A stretch of DNA of 64,000 nucleotides from Octopus vulgaris (Eukaryota). How positions within the stretch are numbered: position 1 is the first letter of the stretch; every line of letters begins with the position of its first letter. The translations under genes and the position numbers were made by a program. The notes under the pieces were generated by a model. That model ran no database searches, was not told the DNA's origin, and saw only the letters and a list, made by a program, of their open reading frames with translations. Where the stretch lies: positions 22,072,001 through 22,136,000 of the forward strand of contig OX597836.1 of assembly GCA_951406725.2 (NCBI GenBank), read 5' to 3'. Below are positions 54,364 through 64,000 of this stretch, one piece after another.

Positions 54364-57300
54364 GTGTGTGTATGTATCTATGTATGTGTGTGTGTGTCAT
54401 TTCGGAATAAAATTGACTAATTTTTAGAAATAACTTTATTAAGCACACCAAGAACTTAATTATTCCCTTTAAATGTACTATATGTGGTTCAGTATAAATA
54501 TTTTAAAAAATTATTTATTGTTAGAAAATTTACATTTTTATCCTTAAATGTGATGTTCCCATTGTAGGGAGTGGGTGGTGAAAATATACCAAACATTTCC
54601 AAAGGATAAGAGGCAAAGAAAAAAGTTGAGAAAAAGTTGTTTTACATTGTAGCTCGGCATGTTAGAAATAGCAGTCAAAATCCCCCTAGCTTATACACAA
54701 CTATCACGTGTCAACGAAGGGTCTCTATGCGGTAGTTCGACACACGAGAAATAACTGTTAAACATTCTTCATATCCCACCCTGTTGTATCAAGCCATCGA
54801 AAGTTTCTATGTATATTACCTCGACATGCTAAAAATAGCAGCTAAAACGCCCTCATATCACACGCTACCATCTCAAGCCAATGAAGAAGTTTTTGCATAA
54901 TGTCTTGACATTCTAGAATAGCCGCGCACTCCTTAAATGAAAATACTGGACGATGTAGTACCTTATGTCCAAAAATAAAGAAAGAAAAAAAAGAAACGGT
55001 ATGGTCACGACTGGAATGGTATCCCTCAGAAGTCTGTCTGTTCGAGAAGAACCGAACTCAGAAGGACAACTTCACAAAAATACGAACCAAATGTGGGAGC
55101 CCTTACGTAGTTGTTCGGCCTGCTAAAATTGCAGCTAAATCTCACTCAAATCACACTATACCGTTTCAGAAATAAGAACACAATAGGTTCTCTGTGCTTA
55201 AGAGAAAAAAGTGTTACTTCTCGGCTTTCTTGAATCTAGATGTCATTTGTCGCTACGCTACATTCATCAGAACTTAAGATCTTCACTCTGCATTTGTGAA
55301 ATTGTGATCCCTTTGAGACACGACACAGAGGATTTGCAGGCCAGTCCCTCTCTGTAGAGCTTACATGTTTGGCATAACAGTGATCAGTAGGCAGAAAGTC
55401 ATCCAGGAGGATGAGGAGGTGCGAGAACACGAAAGGGGCAGTGCTAACTGGGCACAAGCTAGCGCTTAGTCAACCCTGGACGAGTTGTTTTGGTGAGGGT
55501 TTCTGATTATTGAAAGACCCAAAACACCGAATGACCGCAGGACTGATGATGTACCTGATGCATCACAGGACGATGTATGGAAAAATCTTTCCCTTGAATG
55601 AGGGCGGCTGAATGGATTTAGTTTTAAACTATTATAATTAATGGTGAAGAAGGAAAATTTAAATCGATGTAAAAAGAAAAAGAGTAACTTGTTCCAATGG
55701 AATGTCAAATTCGTCGGAGCAATGTTTATTCTGGCGTTCTGAGTTCAAATCCTGCCGATTATGCTTAGCAAAATTCTGTTGATCTAAGAAGTATAAGTTA
55801 TTAAGTCATGTCAAACTTTTTGGTGGGCTTTCAGAATAAGAAGCACTCCACCTGTTATGTCTACGAGCGATCCAGGTGCTCGAGAAATTAACGTACAAGT
55901 GGCTGAGCACTCCACAGACACGCGTACTTTTAACGTAGTTCTCAGGGAAATTCAGTGTGACACAAAATGTGGAAAGGTTGACCTTTTTGAATTACAGATA
56001 CCACTAATTTTGGCCAGCTGAGTGGACTGGAGCAACGCGAAATGACGTGCCATGCTCAAGAAAACAACGTGCCGCCGGAAATCGAACTCCTGACCTTGTG
56101 AGTGTGAGCCAAATATACTAACCACTAAACCACGCGCCTTCTGAATAGCGATCACTACCCATAGAATAAAAAATGGCAAAAAAAGAATTGGATGGGTCCC
56201 CTCCACCCACCGAACTTCAGTTTGTAATATTATTTTAGGATCATGCAAGAAGAATTGCGATTCAGAAAAAAAATTTTTTTGCTAAATATTTCAATTTTTA
56301 AAAAATATTTTGCCAACTTCCGCTCTGTATTTCGTACCATTTCCCCCTCCACGTGGGATAATCATAGCTATTCCAAAAATCCACCAAAAGATTCTCAAAT
56401 AACAAGAGTACGCCTGTTCAGAAGGCGCTAAAAACCAACTTCCTGAAGTCACTGACAAAAGTAAATATGGCGCTACATTCAAATAACATGTCGTCGCCAT
56501 AAATTTATTTGGTTTTCAAATGTGAAGTTGTATTATTAATATTTTTAGTTTTATTTACTCTGAAAATATATCTACGGACATTGTTACAGATTTCTCAAGG
56601 AAATATATACGATATACTATATGACATATTGTAAATCAACCAGGCTGCAGACATTAGAGAAATTGATGTCATAAGAATTGTAAATGTTACGTCGACACTA
56701 AGATTTGTCTGTCATTTGAGGACTTTCCCCTTCTTGTATCGCCTTAATTTATTTCTCCAATTTCATTTAATGTTACAAGACTTTCGTTTTATCATTTTGT
56801 ACTGGAAGTCGAGGACGACCTAGTTACGAATGTATTGAGCAAGATTAACTATTGCTGATCGTTTTTTAACATCGGTACAAGGTTAGAATTTCGGATGTTG
56901 GAGATTAGTCGATTAAATCAGCTTCAGTATACGACTGGTACATCATCTTATTGGCCCTGGTAGGGATGAAAAGTAAAGGTTGACTTCGAAGTGAACTGAA
57001 CTCGGAACGTTAAACGTTCGAGCAAATACTGCATTTTGTCTGACGTTTCAACCAATTCACTCATTGTAAGAGATCTTTTTGCATCGGTTAATGTTGATCA
57101 TCTACCCATCTTAACTGCTGAATTTGAGCCTAAATTGTAAAATATTTTCCCAGCTATTTCTTTACATTCTGAGTTCAATAGTCGTTAGGGTCAGCTTTGC
57201 CTTTTTATCCTTTCAGAAGCTGATAGCCTATCGAAAGCAGACAAGAGTAGCACAACGCCGATTAGTATGTCATACTCAATTTCTTTGGACGGATCAAACT

Positions 57301-60300
57301 TCAGCTCAATCTCTTTTCCTACAAACATTTCTTTTTTTAAGCCGAGATACAGAAATATAAGGTAAGTGTTTTTTTTTTAATTCTTTTATTTTAAGATTGC
57401 ATTTTAATGACATTTCAAAAACACTTTAAAGTCTGTTTCATAAGTTTTTATATAAATTATTTAATATTAATTAATGAGAATGGTTACTAACGACTCTCTT
57501 CATGTAAATTTCTAAAAAAAAAAAAAAAAAACATTAAGAATGCTTATTTAAAACCAAGAAATCCTTCATCCTTTTCCGTTATTACCGCTTTTTAATAAAT
57601 AAGAAATTTGATAAACATTTAACAAAATTAATAGAAAACAAAAATTCAGTGCTGTTACATTGATAAAATCGGAATATTTAATGTGAAATATGTTTGGTAA
57701 ATATTACTGTATCAATATTTGGCTGGAAATTAGTGAGTTTTGGCCCTAAATTACCGTGGTCTTCCAGATTTAATTCGCTAAAATAATTTTGCACCCTCAA
57801 CACTTGAATTTATTTCAGATGTTTATCGACCCCATGGATAGCCACGTAGATTTTTCAGAAACTAATATTAATTAACCACTTTACAGACAGTTAGGCCAGG
57901 ACCTAACTAAATGCCACAAGGCATTTTGTTTTGAGGTCTAAAATATAATTCGGAGGCAAATTAGTCTAACGAGTTACTTAACTAAAAAAAAAAAAAAAAA
58001 ATTTTGGCAGAAGTTTTATAACCATTTACCTCCCATTCACCCGTCCCCATAAAAAAAAGACTATTAAATTTGGCAAGCCTTCCATATTGGTACGCGACAA
58101 AACCTTTCCTCATGACACAGATAAAAAGGTTACACTGAAAAAAAAGGGGGGAGGGTGAATGACCTCGTCTCCTTACTTTGACACTGTAAACCAATAACAG
58201 AGAAAGAATGCCTTAATTTTTATTTAATTTTCTGAGATTCTAAATCTTCTTCGCCAAGTCAGTCTCCGAGTAACGAGATCGGTTGCACAAGAATTGCAAT
58301 GGAATTGCGCCAGTGTAGGACGAATTAAGCATTTGACATTTCAAGAAAAATAAATTAGGACGTGAATTTAAGATTTTCTTGTTTTCGTTTGTATGTTTAA
58401 ATGGTTGGAATGGTTCGTTGACCGAACAGCTTTATGGATAATAAGCGAGCAAAATGGTTTAAGGAAAGTTCTCTTCGTAAACCATGTAGTTCCGGGATCG
58501 GTACCATTGAATACTGAGCGACACCTAGGACAAGTATTTATCTTACTTTTGAGTAAAATTAATGCCTTGTGAGTGGAGTTTGGGTGGCGGAAACTGTACA
58601 GAAGCCTCGTGTGTATTATATATAAGCACACACACACGCGTATATGTATGTGTGCACATACACGATAGTCTGGGCAAACTCTTGAAAAGTCAGCAAAAAA
58701 ATTAATAGAATTCAAATTCTATAAAATAATATTAATACTGATGTTAGTGATCAGCAGCGGTTCCCAACCGGGATCCATATAAGGTTTTGGGGTCGCAACA
58801 AAATAGTAACTTGGGGATCCACAATGGTATTTTAAGGACCCCTAGTAAAAAAATTGCTTTAGTTGTATGTATTGCAAGAAACAGCTAGGTTTCTTTGTCT
58901 AACATTTTACAGAGCCCAGCCTACACAAGTTATTATGTGAAAAACAAAATTGAATTTTGAAAGAAGTTTCTATAAAACTAGTTTTAAACAGAATTGATAG
59001 GGGGGTCCACCGGAATAAAATAATATTTCAAGGGGGTTCGTAGATAAAGAAAAAAAATGATTGAGAACCCTTGAAATAATGTAATGCAGTGGGGTCGATT
59101 TAATAGACTTAATTAACTTCCTCTCGACAAATTCCTGACTGCTTTGTCCCTAATATTTGAATATAAGAAGAAAAAAAGGTATTCGGAAATAAAGTGGGAT
59201 TGATTTATTTAAAACTAATAAAGAGCGGGTTTTACATCATACACGATACTTGTACAATTTCGAACCCCATATGACAGTTTCACTTTTGAACAAAACAATT
59301 CTGTATTTTAGTACTTTCACTCCAGCTAGGCACTCAGCAAAAATATGAACTTATTAAAAGTGGAAGAGGCTCTCGAATAGACAGGGATTCAATCGATTTG
59401 ACTGCTACTTCGAGCGACCTCAGAAGGTAAACTGGAAGAAATCGTATGAAGTTTTAAAGCGAAAGAAAACAGTAGGAAGTGGTAGTGTAAAAACAAAAAG
59501 TCCATCCCCTCCAAAAACTTATCAGGTGCCAAACGATAATTGAATCAATTGAGGTGTGAAACTCTAAGCCGTGATTTCTAAGCGCATGCATATCTCAAGT
59601 AACGTCGGAAATTGGGTCCAAGACGTGCGCCTTAAATCGAAAATGACGTAACATAAGAAAAAATTAGCTTATATCTGTTTTAATAAATACTTTGTTACAA
59701 AATTTCATGTGTATTTTATTTCATTTTCCACTTCTGTATTGATTTTGGGATATTTTAAAAAGAAATTTTAGGTTGAAACCGACGTGAAATTTGATAAATC
59801 GACTGAAGTTGAGGTGTCCCTGTATACTGTTGCTCTGACGTGTGTGTGTGTTTTCTAGTTTGTTTAAATTAATGATAACTATGAAATTAACAAATACAAA
59901 AACTGACAATTTATAGAAAAGTACGGATTTTTATCTTATTATAATTTCATTCGAATCTTCGAAAGTCATGAGATATGTGGCCCTTTCCTTGTGTGCTCTT
60001 TCGACCCACAATTCACTTTCGAAGAGGAGTGAGTCACACTCAGTTATGTTCTATGGATCCGCAGTTATTCTAATCAAGTTCTTTTATTTTGTTAATGCTT
60101 GGATGTGCATTTTTGTTTGGTAAAAGAATGCAAAATAAAGAATGTCCTTTTTGTTTACGTTGTTTATCGTTCTCCTAAATAAACTACTTCCGGTTCTGGC
60201 AGTTGTTTTGTTTATAATCCACATATTTCTAGTGTTTTTCGTGGCTTACAATCAATACGTTCGATAAAATTTTAGGCACAGTGGTCAAGTCTTCAGCATC

Positions 60301-60699
60301 TCTCTTTCATTTCCGACGACGTGGCTCTTTCAGCTTCCGTTGCTGGCCCCCTTTATGAAGTTCTGGGGTAGTGTTACTCTTACAAATCCTAGACTATATC
60401 ATCCTGTCAGCACTCTATCCTTCAGTAACTGGCACTCCATTAGTTGTGATGACATATTCCAGTTGATCCAATCAACAGAACAGCCTGCTCATGGAGGCAG
60501 CGAGCTAGCAGAAACGTTAGCATGACGGGCGAAATGCTTAGCAGTATTTCGTCTGTCTTTACGTACTGTAGACTATATTCAGAAAGGGACCACTTCAGCA
60601 TAAAGTTACTCGCAGCACCCGTTCCACCCTCTGATCCACAAACAAGTGTCTCCTTTCTGCGTCTGTCATTTTTCTTCAGGTTATAGTAGGACCCGCTTT

Positions 60700-60935
60700 T
60701 CGGAGTTGGCTGTCGTTGTCACCTCCACTCAAGCATTCCCGACCTACTTGTCTCTCGTCTTCTCACCCCTACTTTCAAACATCTAACGCTACCCCTAGGT
60801 TCCACAAAAACCATTATTACTCCTCCAGAATATCATTCCTCTGCAATTTCCCCCTCCAAAATTATGTCTTTCTAACGGGTGTTGACCTACAAAAGTTTAA
60901 ATGGAACATCAGTGGCATCAACCTCATCGGTCAAG
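60700..60935 (+). mobile_element. Degraded LINE 3' end (L2/Crack/Jockey-like)
   Basis: SSSHPY..YYSSRISFLCNFP..YVF..DLQKFKWNISGINL resembles the SFFPRT..LWN.LP..DLQ.FK C-terminus. Confidence 0.55.
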
Positions 60936-60973
60936 CTGAGCCTACAAACGCTATGGGTACTGCCCCTTCCTCC

Positions 60974-61140
60974 ATCATCATCATCATCATCCTTTAATGT
61001 CCGTTTTTCATGCTGGCATGGGTTGGATGGTTTGACCAGAGCTGGCAAACCGGTACAGCTCTTCAGCTTGCTAGCTCTGATCAGACCATCCAACCCATGC
61101 CAGATGAAAAACGGACGTTAAAGGATGATGATGATAATGA
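60974..61140. repeat. Imperfect hairpin of two inverted retroelement 3' ends
   Basis: (cat)n-cctttaatgtccgtttttcat..gggttggatggtttga / tcagaccatccaacccatgcc..aaaaacggacgttaaagg-(atg)n. Confidence 0.88.
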
Positions 61141-62626
61141 TGCTACAGATGCAGCAGGTAAGAAAATATCTATCTTTTAAAGCGTTTGTACCAGGTTATG
61201 TGATGTGCCCATCTTAACGGGTACATTTTGTATTGTCAGTGTTTTTGTTTGATTGTTCCACAGAGGGAGGCACATTGCATGATGGCTTAACAAATAGTTT
61301 TTCATATCGAGATCTAGGGAATATGGGGATGGGAGAGAGGGGGTATGAGGCTTTGTTGCATTTCCTTTTACGTTGAACTAATTTAGAAATGAAAAGCATA
61401 GGTTGTGAGTAATGGCAACATGCTAAGGTATTTAAACTGGTGAACACTAAGTGCATATCACTGATTTAATTATAAGTGGTGGTCATGTCGTAGGAGTCAA
61501 TTGTTGCCAGTACACATTTAGATGTAGTCTTTCAATTGCCATATTGTAACCCAAGCTTCTAATAAATCTCTCTCTCTCTCTCCCTCTTTCTCTCTCTCTC
61601 TGTAGAAAATGGGAATGTGTTAGCATTATTGGGTTTGTAGGTCATCTATGAAATGTCTGTCTTAGTGAGGGCAAATTCTAGGTAAGAAAAATTCTTTTAG
61701 AATCACAATTTCCATTGTATGAGACACAGGAATACTAAGATTAAAAGCTTTCCAGTTCTTTGCTCTTTTCCTTCCCTTTGAGATAGTGATGGCTATTGGA
61801 CAAATCATTTAGGAATAACGGAATAAATAGTAAGGACTCTTGCATGGATTTAATCTGTGGTACTCTCAATATTATAATGATTACTGTTGATTTATTAGCA
61901 TTCATTATTAATTACAATTCTCTGTCCTGTAATCTGATCCTCTAGAATGCTTAATGTTGGTTCATTTAGGAGTGGCTGTGTGGTAAGTAGCTCGCTTACC
62001 AAACACATGGTTCCGGGTTCAGTCCCACTGCGTGGCACCTTGGGCAGGTGTCTTCTACTATAGCCTCAGGCTGACCAAAGCCTTGTGAGTGAATTTGGTA
62101 GATGGAAACTGAAAGAAGCCCGTCATATATATATATGTGTGTGTATATGTTTGTTTGCCACCACCCATTGCTTCACAACCGATGCTGGTGTGTTTACATC
62201 CCCGTAACTTAGCAGTTCAGCAAAAGAGACCGATAGAATAAGTACTAGGCTTACAAAGAATAAGTCCTGAGGTCGATTTGCTCGACTAAATGCGGTGCTT
62301 CAGCATGGCCACAGTCAAATGACTGAAACGAGTAAAAGAGTATCTGTATGTCTGTTTACAGAAGGCACATGGCTGTCTGGTAGGGGTTTTCGACCTACAG
62401 TTGTGATGTTCTGAGATTGATACCCAGCAGTGCACTGTGTCCTTCAGCAAGATACTTTATTTCATGTTACTCCAAGTCCACTCAGCAGGCAAAAGAGAGT
62501 GGTACATGTATTTTAAACGTCCAGCTTAATCACATTCAGTGTGTCAGGCTGAATTTCCCTAAGAACCACTTTGTGTCTGTGGAGTGCTCAGCCACTTGCA
62601 CGTTAATGTCATGAGCAGGCTGTTCT

Positions 62627-62858
62627 TATTTCTTTATTGCCCACAAGGAGCTAAACATAGAAGAAACAAACAAGGACAGACAAAGGGATTAAGTCGATTA
62701 CATCGACCCCAGTGCATAACTGGTACTTAATTTATCGACCCCGAAAGGATGAAAGGCAAAGTCGACCTCAGCGGAATTTGAACTCAGAACGTAACGGCAG
62801 ACGAAATACTGCTAAGCATTTCGCCCGGCGTGCTAACGATTCTGCCAGCTCACCGCCT
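62627..62858 (-). mobile_element. SINE family S3 (about 230 bp) with 18-bp TSD; other copies near 6015(+), 7690, 8755, 9150, 19073, 47350, 48924(+), 63402 and many older fragments
   Basis: rc ggcggtgagctggcaga..gagttcaaattcc (box B)..gcctttcatcctttcggggtcgataaattaagtacca (Nin-domain-like, from memory); TSD tcatgagcaggctgttct; the 19073 copy has TSD ctaccaacacca. Confidence 0.9.
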
Positions 62859-64000
62859 TCATGAGCAGGCTGTTCTGTTGATTGGATCAACTAGAACATG
62901 TCATCATAACTAATGGAGTGCCAGTTACTGAAGGATAGAGCGCTGACAGGATAATATATTCTTGATACATTCCAAGGGAGCAACTCCTGCTTTCCAACAA
63001 ATGTGTTTATAATGCATTCAATTCACTGGGGTAAGGGGACTTTGAGATACCAGTGTTTCAACCTGTTGCATGCCTCCTCAGCCAAAGCTACTCGGACCAA
63101 TGAATCTAACAAAATCTTTTGGCTCTTGGTTTATAAGATTCAGTTAGCAAATTATTTGGTTCTGAAATCTAGCACTAATGCATCCATTGGATAATAAGTG
63201 GTTTCTGATTGCAGTCATGAAACAAAATAAAATATGCATGAGCACAAGTGCACACAAACACACATACATATAATCACCACCACCATCCTCACTGCCATCA
63301 TCATCATCACCACCACTACTTAAAACTTTGCCCACCGAAGGTGGGCAACTGTCTAGACAGTAGGACTGAACCTGAGACCATGTAGCTGGGAAGCAAATCT
63401 CTTATTTCTTTATTGCCCACAAGGGGCTAAACACAGAGGGGACAAACAAAGACAGACAAAGGGATTAAGTCGATTACATCGACCCCAGTGTGTAACTTGT
63501 ACTTAATTTATCGACCCCGAAAGGATGAAAGGCAAAGTTGACCTCGGCAGAAGAAATACCGCTAAGCACTTTGCCTGGCGTGCTAACGTTTCTGCCAGCT
63601 TGCCGCCCTACCATACAGCCATGACTGTGTCTTTATGTGAAAAGAAAATGCTTTTTTTTTCTTGTTTTGCCCATGCATCCTGCTCAAAATAGATATTTTG
63701 AATTATTATACATTTTCCATAGGTAGGGTATCCCTCCAAGATCTTAGCTTTCATCTGTCTGGGAACAATAAAATGCATACTAGATACAGGAATTAATTGA
63801 TCTGATGGAAAATTACTACTAGCTAAAACTAAACAGATTTGAAATGTTACTGTGTGTTTTAGAATTGATCATTTGTGAATGATTACTAATGATTATGAAA
63901 GGTCAAGTAATTAATTAGTTAATGGTCTTTAGTTTAACGACCATATACTAACGGGGGGGGGGTTTACATATTCTTTATTTGAGAAGGAAAATAAGAAGGC

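Noticed and set aside
61214-61456. ORF containing VFTSL, like the P4HA mature N-terminus
   Set aside because: No signal peptide, no splice donor and no further similarity

Overview
Eukaryotic, very repeat-rich AT-rich DNA. The SINE and microsatellite repertoire suggests a cephalopod (Octopus-like) genome, which is an inference. Almost all ORFs in the supplied track are microsatellite or SINE artefacts. The window holds the middle of one minus-strand gene, a collagen prolyl 4-hydroxylase alpha subunit (P4HA), with five coding exons: 34613-34764, 28442-28603, 21386-21546, 16489-16649 and 2307-2358. I did not find its 5' or 3' exons. Best finding: the two 161-nt exons are paralogous (26/54 aa identical), have identical phases and encode alternative versions of the TPR peptide-substrate-binding domain, so they look like mutually exclusive exons. 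A decayed partial third copy lies next to one of them. Second finding: several hammerhead-ribozyme motifs sit in microsatellite-flanked, often palindromic elements resembling Penelope-like retroelement remnants; the cleanest copies are antisense to the host gene. The rest is tRNA-derived SINEs (several with TSDs), CR1/RTE/R4-like LINE fragments, a mariner relic, TTAA-flanked piggyBac-type MITEs, foldbacks and a 396-bp tandem duplication.
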